This document shows positions 1-9,010 of a DNA stretch of 32,000 bases, in pieces. A program made the position numbers and the translations under genes. This DNA is from Pirellula staleyi DSM 6068. Its GTDB lineage: Bacteria > Planctomycetota > Planctomycetia > Pirellulales > Pirellulaceae. The DNA is taken from assembly GCA_000025185.1 (NCBI GenBank), contig CP001848.1, positions 5,190,001 through 5,222,000 on the forward strand. Direction: 5' to 3'. Position 1 is the stretch's first letter. Each line of letters opens with the position of its first letter. The notes under the pieces are model-generated. The model was given only the letters and a program-made list of their open reading frames with translations, was not told the origin of the DNA and did not search any database.

Positions 1-487
1 GGTCACAAAACAAGCGGCAAAAGCTCTCTCGAAGCCTCCACCATGTCCTGTCACGCTTATGGGACGAAAGCAGCTACTGTGCCGCACGCAAAAAACTTTT
101 TACAAGCTGAAAGTTTTTCCATAAGTCTCTATGAAAGAACACCTTGCAACAATCACGTTTCTCACGCATCGAGATCGGAGCTAGCGGCCAATTGTGCAGG
201 TCGTAGCTTATGTATCGAGGTGCAACAGGAAACGGAGTAGCAAAATGCAACAGACGAGGGGCTACCAACCAACCAGCAGGGGTCAGACTGGGCTTCAGCG
301 TGTCGGCTGCTGTCATTCGGCTGAGCGACGAGCAGCTGGCGAGTTTATGAAGACCAGCCACTTACCCGGCTAGGCACAGCTAGCGCTCTGACGGTAAGAA
401 TGCAGCAGCGGGGGAGCAGATCGGGGCTCGAGGGTCGAACTCCCCGATCATTTCAAAACGTCAGGCTCATCAGGCAAATAGTCCACG

Positions 488-1453
488 ATGCAGGCGGCCA
501 GCGGAGTTATCGAGCGAAGTGGCAAGTCGTCCGCTGGTCGGCAAGTGCTCCTCTGGACTAATCCCAACGCTGGCTCCCATTCGCGAATCGATACGATTGG
601 CGCGGTCGAACAGCACCTGATCATGGCTGGCTACACCGTCATCCGGCCTAGTTCCCCCGAAGATCTCGCCGCCCGAGCCACCGCTGGACAAGCCGATCAA
701 TCGCTCCGAGCCGTCGTAGCTGCAGGTGGCGATGGAACGGTTGGGCTGGTACTGAACCAAACGCCTCCCGGCACACCGATCGTCGTCCTTCCGCTGGGAA
801 CTGAAAACCTACTGGCCAAGTATCTCGAGCACTCGCGCGATCCAGCTGCACTGGTCCGCATCATCGAGGAGGGGAATCTCCTGTCGCTCGATGCGGGGAA
901 TGCAAACGGGCGATTGTTCACACTGATGGCCGGGTGTGGTTTCGATGGCGAAGTGGTTCGGCGACTCCACCGGAAACGGCGTGGGCATATTGGCCACTGG
1001 TCGTATGCCAAACCGATCCTCGATGCGATACGTACTTATGAATATCCCTTGCTAACCGTCGATTACCGCGCGCCAGGGACACCGGAGGGAGCTTGGACCG
1101 GCACAGTGGAAGCTCGCTGGGTGTTTGTCGTAAATCTGCCCCGCTATGCCGGTGGACTCGCGATTTCCCCCACCGCAACGGGCACCGATGGCCTGCTTGA
1201 TATCTGCACCTTCAAAGAAGGGTCGCTACTTTCGGGATTGTATTACCTCAGCGCTGTTGTTTTTGGACAACAAGGGGCTGTTCACGATTTCGTGAAGGTA
1301 CAAGCGACTCATCTTCGGGTACAAACTACAGGGAAAGTTCCGTTTCAACTCGACGGAGATCCGGGGGGCGAATTGCCACTCGACATATCGATAGAACCGG
1401 GTCGGCTGACCGTGCTCGTGAGTGATCACTGGCTCGATCGTCACGCCCAGTAG
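488..1453 (+). CDS. Diacylglycerol/lipid kinase family protein (DAGK catalytic domain, YegS/BmrU-like)
   Basis: 321-aa ORF with ATG start. It carries the 'AAGGDGTVGLVLN' GGDGT motif and the 'LPLGTENLLAKYL' (PLGTxN) motif typical of the DAGK_cat lipid kinase family. Confidence 0.85.
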   Translation: MQAASGVIERSGKSSAGRQVLLWTNPNAGSHSRIDTIGAVEQHLIMAGYTVIRPSSPEDLAARATAGQADQSLRAVVAAGGDGTVGLVLNQTPPGTPIVVLPLGTENLLAKYLEHSRDPAALVRIIEEGNLLSLDAGNANGRLFTLMAGCGFDGEVVRRLHRKRRGHIGHWSYAKPILDAIRTYEYPLLTVDYRAPGTPEGAWTGTVEARWVFVVNLPRYAGGLAISPTATGTDGLLDICTFKEGSLLSGLYYLSAVVFGQQGAVHDFVKVQATHLRVQTTGKVPFQLDGDPGGELPLDISIEPGRLTVLVSDHWLDRHAQ

Positions 1454-1488
1454 CGACACCTACGATCAACGATTGACCGCAGTCCCAT

Positions 1489-2367
1489 TTGCGAGCGAGC
1501 CACCTAGGAATGCCTGATTCGACGCCCACAGCCGCCCCATTGCCCACACCGATCGACGTCGGTCCTTATCGCTGTGGACCCGGCGAAAACCTGCTGCTCA
1601 TCGCCGGTCCCTGCGTGATCGAAGATGCCGATTTCACCGTGGCGATTGCCCACGAGCTCAAGCGAATCACCAGCGGTTTGCCGGTGAACTTGGTTTTTAA
1701 GGCCTCGTTTGATAAAGCCAATCGAACCAGCAGCGGCGCGTTTCGTGGCGCGGGTCTGGAAGGTGGTTTGAAGGTCCTCGATCGTGTGGTTCGCGAAACC
1801 GGCTTGCCGGTGACCACCGACATCCACGAGTCGTATCAAGCCGCGGCTGCGGCTGAAGTTTGCACGGTACTACAGATCCCCGCTTTTCTCGCGCGTCAAA
1901 CCGATTTGCTCGTCGCTGCTGCTCAAACAGGCCGCTCGGTGAATGTGAAGAAGGGGCAATTCATGGCCCCATGGGACATGGCCCACGTCGCCGGAAAACT
2001 TCGCTCTGCTGGCTGCCAAAACGTGCTACTGTGCGAACGCGGAACCTTTTTTGGCTATGGCCGCTTGGTGAACGACATGCGTTCGCTGCCGCAGATGCGT
2101 TCGCTGGGCTGTCCGGTCGTGTTCGATGCCACGCACAGTGTGCAAGAGCCGGGTGGACTTGGTGGCGCTACGGGGGGCAATCGAGCAATGGTCGAGCCAC
2201 TCGCGCGGGCCGCAGTAGCGATCGGCGTCGACGGGCTCTTCTTTGAAACGCATCCCGATCCCGACAAGTCGCCAAGCGACGGCCCCAACATGCTTCCCTT
2301 GGCCACCTTTTCTGATGTCCTCAGCCGCGTCCTGGCGATTCGCCAACTAGTCACGAGCTTCTCATGA
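1489..2367 (+). CDS. kdsA: 3-deoxy-8-phosphooctulonate (KDO8P) synthase
   Basis: 292-aa ORF collinear with E. coli KdsA. Shared blocks: '[12 protein letters not shown]', '[12 protein letters not shown]', 'NVKKGQF', 'CERGTFFGY', 'FDATHSVQ', '[19 protein letters not shown]'. The start could be the internal Met at 1510. The stop TGA overlaps the next gene's ATG (ATGA at 2364-2367). Confidence 0.95.
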   Translation: MRASHLGMPDSTPTAAPLPTPIDVGPYRCGPGENLLLIAGPCVIEDADFTVAIAHELKRITSGLPVNLVFKASFDKANRTSSGAFRGAGLEGGLKVLDRVVRETGLPVTTDIHESYQAAAAAEVCTVLQIPAFLARQTDLLVAAAQTGRSVNVKKGQFMAPWDMAHVAGKLRSAGCQNVLLCERGTFFGYGRLVNDMRSLPQMRSLGCPVVFDATHSVQEPGGLGGATGGNRAMVEPLARAAVAIGVDGLFFETHPDPDKSPSDGPNMLPLATFSDVLSRVLAIRQLVTSFS

Positions 2368-4205
2368 ACAGCCCCTCGCAAGACACTCCTCGCTGGTCGA
2401 TCGAACGCTGCACTATGGTCGGACTATCGGCCGTGATTGTCGCGGTCGTTGGACTCGCCATGTTCACATCGGGCTGCAGCGGCACCGCTCCCAAACCGAC
2501 GACGCTCGGCGATGAGTCGCAAGAATCGCAGGTTGTCGACACGCTGAGCTTGGCGGTCGGTGCACTTCGCGAAGTCGCCAACTCCACCACCGATCAATCG
2601 TCGAAAGACACGCTCTACTATCTCAACCAGTGGATCGGGCGTCAGCAGCTCGAGGCCAACTGGAAACCCGATCCGATGGTGCAGCAAATTCCGCGCGCCT
2701 ATCAAATCCTGCCGACACTTGGCAATCTCGACGCGACGGAATTCTCGCCGCTCGACCTGGGCTATTTGCAGCAGAACTTGTGGCTTCACGATATCGCCTC
2801 GCGTCTTGCGAAAAACACCGAGGCTTCTTCTCCTGCGATGGAAAAATGGCTTGCTGAAAACGAAGCGAAGCTCGGCAGCGAAACGGTTTCACAGCTCCGG
2901 CATGCCGAACTGCTGTTCGACTGGACGGTCCGCAACATTCAGCTCGACCCGCTTCCGGCGGAACCGAAAGCAACCGCCGCAACTCCCGGCTCGACCGAGG
3001 GACCGATGCTTCCAAGTCGACGGGGCGACGTTGGCCCGGGCTATGCCCATTTGCCGCTCCAGTCACTCCTCTATGGTCGCGGCGATGCTTGGGAACGGGC
3101 TCGCATTTTCATGCTGCTTTGTCGTCAACTCAGCATCGATGCTGTGATGCTCGCCACCGATCCGGCAGAAGGGGAAGGGGCCAGCATTGCGTGGCTCCCG
3201 GCGGTCTTGATCGGTAAAGAACTCTATCTCTTCGACACGGAACTTGGCTTTCCTGTTCCAACGACGTCGGGAACTGGAATCGCTACGCTGACCGACCTGG
3301 CAAGCGATCCGCAGTTGCTCGAGGCGCTAACCGTTGGAGACGAAAAATATCGGGTGCAAGCGAGCCAATTGAAAACCGTCGTCGCCTTCATCGACGCCGA
3401 GCCCGAAGCACTTTCGCGGCGCATGGCGCTGCTCGAATCGTCGCTGGTGGGGGAGCAGCGTTTGGCACTATCGGTCAGCCCGACAGCGCTCGAGAAGCGG
3501 CTTCGCGCTACTTCGCGGATCGGCAGCGTGAGTCTCTGGCGCGTCCCTTTTGCTGCGTTTTTGTACCAAGTTGGTCAGCAAGAGAAACTCTCCACCGATC
3601 CTGCGGCGCTCACCACCTTCATCCGCGAAACGCAAATGTTCCAAGGCCAGCATCCCCTGATGCAAGCCCGCAACCTGCACTTCCAAGGGAAGTTCGACAC
3701 CGTCGACCAGGAAAAAGGGGCCCGCACCATTTACCTCGAATCGCGTCCCCCCGATGCCGAGATCGATCTGTTCTCGGCCAGCGATTCAGTCCGTCAGAAA
3801 GCAGGGATCAATCAGATCTTGCCTCAAGACAAAAAGATGCAAGGGGAAGTTGCCGCGAACATGACGTTCATTGCCCGTCGAGCGAAACAGCACGCGACCT
3901 ACTGGATGGGAATCACGTACTTCGAATCGGGACGCTACGAAGCGGCAGCTGAGTGGTTCCGCGATCGGACGCTCGCCAGTGGCGAGACCCCTTGGGAAAG
4001 TGGCGCCACCTACAATCTGGCCCGCTGCTACGAACTCCTCGGGAAAACAAGCGAAGCGATCGAGCTCTATAAGAATGACGATTCGCCCCAGAAAATCGGC
4101 AACCAGCTGCGTGCCACTTGGCTCGAAAAACAAGGGGCTGCACCCTCCTCAACCGATGCCCAACCGGCTGAAACGCCACCCGCCGACGCCACCGAGAAGA
4201 AGTAA
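2364..4205 (+). CDS. Lipoprotein with C-terminal TPR-like helical repeat; possible degenerate transglutaminase-like core
   Basis: 613-aa ORF translationally coupled to kdsA. The N-terminus has a hydrophobic segment followed by a lipobox-like 'FTSGCSG'. The C-terminus has a TPR-like '[21 protein letters not shown]'. The central '[26 protein letters not shown]...[16 protein letters not shown]' resembles a transglutaminase-like core with the Cys/His positions substituted (inference). Confidence 0.7.
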   Translation: MNSPSQDTPRWSIERCTMVGLSAVIVAVVGLAMFTSGCSGTAPKPTTLGDESQESQVVDTLSLAVGALREVANSTTDQSSKDTLYYLNQWIGRQQLEANWKPDPMVQQIPRAYQILPTLGNLDATEFSPLDLGYLQQNLWLHDIASRLAKNTEASSPAMEKWLAENEAKLGSETVSQLRHAELLFDWTVRNIQLDPLPAEPKATAATPGSTEGPMLPSRRGDVGPGYAHLPLQSLLYGRGDAWERARIFMLLCRQLSIDAVMLATDPAEGEGASIAWLPAVLIGKELYLFDTELGFPVPTTSGTGIATLTDLASDPQLLEALTVGDEKYRVQASQLKTVVAFIDAEPEALSRRMALLESSLVGEQRLALSVSPTALEKRLRATSRIGSVSLWRVPFAAFLYQVGQQEKLSTDPAALTTFIRETQMFQGQHPLMQARNLHFQGKFDTVDQEKGARTIYLESRPPDAEIDLFSASDSVRQKAGINQILPQDKKMQGEVAANMTFIARRAKQHATYWMGITYFESGRYEAAAEWFRDRTLASGETPWESGATYNLARCYELLGKTSEAIELYKNDDSPQKIGNQLRATWLEKQGAAPSSTDAQPAETPPADATEKK

Positions 4206-4271
4206 AATCTGGGTGAAGTTGGCCAGAACGTGCCGAACCGACTAGACACCGAAGCGGTCTATCCTGTGCAA

Positions 4272-4322
4272 TAGCAAGTGGTAGCGGCAACTCTCATGGA
4301 GTTGCTCGCTGCTACTAGCAAG
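4272..4322. repeat. 16-bp imperfect hairpin (4278-4315) flanked by the 7-bp direct repeat TAGCAAG
   Basis: The left arm 4278-4293 pairs with the right arm 4299-4315 (14 Watson-Crick pairs, 2 G-U pairs, 1 bulged T at 4306). The loop is 'tcatg'. TAGCAAG occurs at 4272-4278 and 4316-4322. All pairs were checked by hand. Confidence 0.6.
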
Positions 4323-4712
4323 CGTGGCATGTCACTCCGCTGGCTTCGCACCATCCTGCCCAGGGCTTGGTCGCAGCTGCGGTCCGTACCGTTGGCCCAC
4401 CTAGCGCTCGCTGCACACAACCGTTTCGTTTGGTGCGGCAAAATTTGCTGGCAAGCCGACTGGCCGAACACCGCTGGCGACCTCTTTTCTGCTGGATCAC
4501 ACCTTCCAGGTACTGCGACCTCGTAGGTACTAAAGCGTCCGACGCTCCTTCCGTAGCAACAAGCTACAGAAGCTGTAAACGACGTGTGCGTAGCCTCCGG
4601 TGCCGAACTGCTTCACGCTCGCTACTGGTGCGATGTCGTGGCACTCATTCGTCGTGTGATTCGCTGCTAACCTCGGGAGCAATCGCCGTATCGTTGAGAG
4701 AGGGAGCTGGTA

Positions 4713-5309
4713 ATGGTGGGAAGAATTCTGGATCGCCCCACGCTGGTGCTGAACCGCAACTGGCAGCCGATTCATGTATCGACCGTGCAGCGGGCACTGA
4801 TCCTGGTGTGGAACGAAGCTGCGCAAGTGGTCGATCCGCGTGACTACGAACTGTACGACTGGGTCGATTGGGCCAAGATCCCTCCGGGCGAAGGCGAACT
4901 CTATCTGCAGTCGGTCCGTTCGCAAATGCGCGTGCCGGAAGTGATTGCGCTCCGTACGTTCGATAAGCTCCCCGAGCGAAATGTCAGCTTCAGCCGACGC
5001 AATCTCTTTAAGCGAGATCACTACACCTGTCAGTACTGCGGCTGTCAGCCCGGCATGCACGAGCTGACGATCGATCACGTGCTGCCGCGCTCGCGTGGCG
5101 GCGCATCGAGCTGGGAAAACTGCGTGCTGGCATGCGTCGAGTGCAACAAGCGAAAGGCGGACAAACTTCCTGACGAAGCGAGAATGAAGATTCGTCAGAA
5201 GCCGATCCGTCCGCGCTGGCGACCACTTTATGCCGCTACGCACATTCCGATCCAAAGCTGGACGAAGTTCCTGAGCGAAGCGTACTGGAATGTCGAGCTG
5301 GAACCGTAA
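4713..5309 (+). CDS. HNH endonuclease family protein
   Basis: 198-aa ORF with ATG preceded by 'gagagggagctggta' (GGGAG SD-like). It has a canonical HNH/zinc-finger core: 'CQYCG...ELTIDHVLPRSRGGASSWENCVLACVECNKRKADK'. Confidence 0.9.
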   Translation: MVGRILDRPTLVLNRNWQPIHVSTVQRALILVWNEAAQVVDPRDYELYDWVDWAKIPPGEGELYLQSVRSQMRVPEVIALRTFDKLPERNVSFSRRNLFKRDHYTCQYCGCQPGMHELTIDHVLPRSRGGASSWENCVLACVECNKRKADKLPDEARMKIRQKPIRPRWRPLYAATHIPIQSWTKFLSEAYWNVELEP

Positions 5310-5323
5310 CGCCAAGCCAGATC

Positions 5324-5375
5324 AACGGCCAGCGTGTGGAGATTCAAAAACTCCTGCGCTGGCCGTTTCGCTTTT
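5324..5375 (+). terminator. Rho-independent terminator candidate downstream of the HNH gene
   Basis: A perfect 11-bp stem (aacggccagcg 5324-5334 with cgctggccgtt 5357-5367) encloses an inner GGAG/CTCC stem. A T-rich tract follows ('ttcgctttt', to 5375). It starts 15 nt after the HNH stop. Confidence 0.65.
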
Positions 5376-5448
5376 GCAGCTAGCGTGTGGCGTTTGTAAT
5401 CCTTGCGAAAATGGACGAAACAGCCGCTATAAAAAAGTGAGTGTCGCT

Positions 5449-6435
5449 CTAAACGCTCGGGACTTTCGGAGTCGCCACTTGCGCCAGGATATCGGCCACA
5501 ATCGCAGCGGCGCGCGAATTGTCGACCGGCAGCCGAACTTCCAGCACAGGACCGGCGACATCTTGCACGTCGTCGGCAGTGACGTAGTCGCGCCCCTTCA
5601 AGTGGGCCCGAGCCTGCGCCACGCGCTGCCAGGTGAGAAGTCCCCGCGGCGATAGTCCCAGCCGAACATCGCGATGATTGCGCGTCGCTGCGGCGAGATC
5701 GACCAGATACTCCTGCACCACCTGACTCACAGCCACCTGTGCCACGTGATGCTGTAGCGCTCGAAGCTGCGACGGATCGACCACTGGACTTCCCGCCGGA
5801 CGATCGCTCGACACACCAACCTGTGCCGCCAGCATGGCGAGTTCACTGCCGCGACTCGGATAACCGATGCGAAGCTTCATAGCAAAACGATCGAGCTGAG
5901 CTTCTGGCAGTGGATAAGCGCCGTGGCTTTCGACCGGGTTTTGCGTCGCGATGACAAAAAAAGTATCGCTCAGCTTACGACTCTGGTTATCGATGGTCAC
6001 TTGACGTTCGGCCATCGCTTCGAAGAGAGCACTTTGCGTGCGAGGTGTCGCGCGATTGATTTCATCGGCCAGAAGCACATCGCTGAAGACCGGCCCCGAC
6101 ACAAACTCGAACTCGCGCGATTGCTGGTTGAACAAATTAAAACCGGTGATATCGCTCGGCAGCAAATCGGGGGTGCACTGGACACGTGCAAAGCGGCCTC
6201 CCACTGCGGTCGCAAGAGCTTTCGCAAGTGTCGTTTTTCCGAGGCCTGGCAGATCGTCGAACAGCAAGTGACCACGGGCCAGCAAACAGCAGAGGACCAG
6301 TTCGACGACATCTTCCTTCCCCAGCAGAGCGGCGTTGAGCGCCACACGCAAACCATCGATGGCTGGCTGATGAGGGCAAGTTCCTCGCGCACTCGGGGTG
6401 CCGTGATGATGGGGGGCTGCAACAGTTGCCGACAT
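5449..6435 (-). CDS. MoxR-family AAA+ ATPase
   Basis: 328-aa ORF. Walker A 'DLPGLGKTTLAKALA' and Walker B 'LLADEINRATPRTQSALFEAMAERQVT'. 'ATQNPVESHGAYPLPEAQLDRF' is typical of the AAA_3/MoxR family. Confidence 0.92.
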   Translation of the reverse strand: MSATVAAPHHHGTPSARGTCPHQPAIDGLRVALNAALLGKEDVVELVLCCLLARGHLLFDDLPGLGKTTLAKALATAVGGRFARVQCTPDLLPSDITGFNLFNQQSREFEFVSGPVFSDVLLADEINRATPRTQSALFEAMAERQVTIDNQSRKLSDTFFVIATQNPVESHGAYPLPEAQLDRFAMKLRIGYPSRGSELAMLAAQVGVSSDRPAGSPVVDPSQLRALQHHVAQVAVSQVVQEYLVDLAAATRNHRDVRLGLSPRGLLTWQRVAQARAHLKGRDYVTADDVQDVAGPVLEVRLPVDNSRAAAIVADILAQVATPKVPSV

Positions 6436-6529
6436 CGAAAATCACCTCTATTTATCGAGAAATACCAGCCCAATCACACCATCACGCGCGGGACATACAA
6501 GCGAACTGACACAGCAATATGCATTCCTC

Positions 6530-9010
6530 TTAAGCAGCTCGCTTCTTCTCGCTCGGGAGCGTTTCGAGCGGCGCTGCGTTTGTGCTGGAAGCTTCAACTT
6601 GGCTCGCAGCGCGCTTGGTTTCGCGCACATGCCGCAGCAAACTGGCGAGGCTGAAGGCACGCCCGAAGCGGTCGCAAATCGCCGTCACTTCCGCGTCGCG
6701 ACCATGCAGCCGCTCTTCCGCTGTGGCAGCTGGCGCGAACATCAGCGGTTCGAGCAGTTCGAGCATTTGATTCAAGCTAGAAGTGGCCCCTGGCGAATCG
6801 AGAGCACGCGAGTCAAGTGACTCGGCGATCGGAAGCAGCCAGCGGCGCATCGTTTGCCCAATCGGTCGCCCACAGCAGGCGAGCTGCGCGCGGCACTCGA
6901 TCAACCGGGCTGTCGCGAGCAGCTTCGAGCGGCTGCTCCCTCGCATTGAGAGTCGCCACATCACGAGCAGGCCCATATCGGCGATGAATCGCCAGTAGTA
7001 GGTGGCACAGGCTGTTGCGGCCACCATCATGCAAGCTGTTCCGGCGTTCTCGCGCACCATCGACAGCAGCGCGATGAGCAGCGAGCCCATCCGTTCTGCC
7101 AGTGTGCGTGGCGGCCCCAGCGGCGGATGTTCTGGCGATGGATCGACGGTTGTCCAGGTCCAGCCATCGAGGCAAACTTCGACCCAGACATGGGTATCGA
7201 AAGGGAGGACCGGAGTGAGCCCCTTCGAGGCATCGTAGCGATCTTCACGGGCATAGAAGCCGGTAGCTAGCCGCGCGGGATAGCCCCGCATGCGGAGTAA
7301 AATTGCCGCTGCGGTTGCCACTTGGTAGTCGTGGCCGCAGTGCGAGCGGAGCAGTAGTTCTCCCACGACATCTTCTACCTTCGGATCGATTTTTGCATCG
7401 GGATCGACGATGCAATTCTCCCGTAGTTTTTCGATAATCCATTCGATTTCCGCATAGCCGCGCGAACGACCTTTGCACCAGCCATCGACGAGCGCTTGCA
7501 CTTTTTCGCGATCGACAGTCGCTGGAATCGTCAGGTAGCGGCGCGTCGACTTCGGCGAATCGACGAGAAACTGCTCGATCGCCAGATGTGGCGCAATTGT
7601 TTGCGAGCGCAAGTGAATCACGGTGAGTGGCGGTACTTTCTCGCGCCCTTCGAGCTTCAAACAATCGTCGCTCGTCCAGCTGAAGAAATCGCGCTGATCG
7701 ACCTTGTCGATATGCACTGCTGTCGTATGCACCGGTGTCGGAATTCGCGAAGTGGTGAGATGCAAAATCTGCAGTTTGTGCCGCTCCGCTGGTGCGGCTG
7801 CTGGCGACTGCAGCGAGCGATGCACTTCGATCCAAGGCATTCCGTCGCGCATGTTCATGGTGAGTGTGGGACGATACATCGTGAGGGGGAGATCGTTTTC
7901 GATCTCGAGGATCTCGCGCACCTCGGCTTCGCTCCGCTCGGTCCAGGTGGTTCCATCGAACTGGTCGAATGTTTGCAACCGAACGTGCAGAGGGACGCGC
8001 CCAATCACCTTCATTACCGCAGCATCTTCGCGGTCCGCGAGCTGCTGCAGACTCCGCTTGCGAGGCTGCCGAACGGTCGAAAACTCACGCCCCGAGTCTT
8101 CGCTCTTCGCCATCCGCGACTTCTCTTTTTTCTCCTGATTGGGGCCAGCGAGCGCGACAGCCCGCTCGGATTGCTTGGTCTTGTGCGGCTCGCCATACAT
8201 GTCGTTGAACATGTCGTAGAGGCTCGGCTCTTCGCTGTCGAGGAACAGTTCGCTTTCGACTGCGCCGAAGCTGCGTGCATCGTCGGTGGCGGCCACCAGC
8301 GCATCGCCATCTCCGACACCGCGCGCGGCGTAAACATCGTACGACTCGCTTCCCCCCGATCCCCAAAACCAACCGGTCATCGCATAAGCAGTTTGCTGAT
8401 TTCGGACGAGCGCGAGCCCCACTAGAGCCACCAGAATTGCAATTCCAAGCGATCCCCAGCGCATCCCTGCAGGGAGCTCGCGACGCGTCGAGGTGGCGAG
8501 CTTGGCCTCGAGTTTTTCCCAGTGTGCCCCAAGGAGCCACCAAATTCCGACCACGCTATAGAGCAGGGCAGCGACATAAACAGCGGGACGATCTTCCAGG
8601 ACGACACTCCCCAGAACCAAAAACAAACTGATCGCGACAGCAAGCCTTAGCATTGCCGGCCAAATAGCGCATGCGGTGAGCGCCAGCATGCTGCTGCGCA
8701 GGATCGCAAGCTGCAGCACTTCCGGCGAATTGCCACTTCCCAGTGCCAGACGTGTGAACAACTCGATTCCTGCCGGGGCCAGTGACACGCCCAACATGAT
8801 CAGCACTGCTTGAAAGGGGGTGCGCCGACTGCTGCGCGCGAGCCACTGCGCGGAAATCGTGGCAAGCGCAATCGCAACGAGCGCTTCGCCCCAGGAAATG
8901 GCGATCGATACCGACAGGCCAACGCGCGCAAGTTCAAACGCAGCGCAAGCGAGCAGCGTCAGGATCCATGTCGTCGCACGGAGCGATTTACTGTCTTCCG
9001 CACCAGACAT
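6530..9010 (-). CDS. Transglutaminase-like domain integral membrane protein
   Basis: The ORF is open to 9070. I prefer the Met at 9010 ('MSGAEDSK'), but the start is uncertain. There are multiple N-terminal TM helices. The transglutaminase core has a Cys-His-Asp arrangement: 'SHCGHDYQVATAAAILLRMRGYPARLATGFY ... DTHVWVEVCLDGWTWTTVDPS'. The gene overlaps the 3' end of the upstream DUF58 gene by 23 nt (83 nt if the start is 9070). Confidence 0.85.
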   Translation of the reverse strand: MSGAEDSKSLRATTWILTLLACAAFELARVGLSVSIAISWGEALVAIALATISAQWLARSSRRTPFQAVLIMLGVSLAPAGIELFTRLALGSGNSPEVLQLAILRSSMLALTACAIWPAMLRLAVAISLFLVLGSVVLEDRPAVYVAALLYSVVGIWWLLGAHWEKLEAKLATSTRRELPAGMRWGSLGIAILVALVGLALVRNQQTAYAMTGWFWGSGGSESYDVYAARGVGDGDALVAATDDARSFGAVESELFLDSEEPSLYDMFNDMYGEPHKTKQSERAVALAGPNQEKKEKSRMAKSEDSGREFSTVRQPRKRSLQQLADREDAAVMKVIGRVPLHVRLQTFDQFDGTTWTERSEAEVREILEIENDLPLTMYRPTLTMNMRDGMPWIEVHRSLQSPAAAPAERHKLQILHLTTSRIPTPVHTTAVHIDKVDQRDFFSWTSDDCLKLEGREKVPPLTVIHLRSQTIAPHLAIEQFLVDSPKSTRRYLTIPATVDREKVQALVDGWCKGRSRGYAEIEWIIEKLRENCIVDPDAKIDPKVEDVVGELLLRSHCGHDYQVATAAAILLRMRGYPARLATGFYAREDRYDASKGLTPVLPFDTHVWVEVCLDGWTWTTVDPSPEHPPLGPPRTLAERMGSLLIALLSMVRENAGTACMMVAATACATYYWRFIADMGLLVMWRLSMRGSSRSKLLATARLIECRAQLACCGRPIGQTMRRWLLPIAESLDSRALDSPGATSSLNQMLELLEPLMFAPAATAEERLHGRDAEVTAICDRFGRAFSLASLLRHVRETKRAASQVEASSTNAAPLETLPSEKKRAA

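Noticed and set aside
1-361. Open frame 1-240 (+) running in from the left edge, and the 95-aa minus ORF at 74-361. A 9-bp A/T inverted repeat lies at 91-118.
   Set aside because: This stretch looks less GC-rich than the surrounding genes. Both products are Cys/His/Ser-rich with no motif or ribosome-binding site. The region is treated as non-coding; the AT-only inverted repeat is too weak to interpret.
419-450. 'GGGTCGAACTCCCC' resembles a tRNA/tmRNA T-arm inside an 8-bp hairpin (gatcgggg...ccccgatc).
   Set aside because: I could not build a 5-bp T-stem with a 7-nt TTCRANN loop, an acceptor stem or an anticodon arm on either strand. It is only a hairpin with a 15-nt loop. No tRNA is called anywhere in the window.
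4530-5315. 261-aa minus-strand ORF overlapping the HNH gene.
   Set aside because: The plus strand encodes a complete HNH/zinc-finger motif preceded by a ribosome-binding site and followed by a terminator. The minus-strand product has no motif and is Arg-rich.
4713-6435. HNH nuclease next to an AAA+ ATPase, considered as a possible Septu-like (ATPase + HNH) defence pair.
   Set aside because: The genes are convergent and separated by a strong terminator. The ATPase is a MoxR (AAA_3) type embedded in a DUF58/transglutaminase operon, not a PtuA-like ABC ATPase.
5923-8425. Plus-strand ORFs of 243 aa (5923-6654) and 309 aa (7496-8425), plus smaller ones.
   Set aside because: They are antisense to the MoxR and transglutaminase-like genes, which carry Walker A/B and Cys-His-Asp motifs. 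The compositions are Arg/His/Cys-rich and not protein-like.
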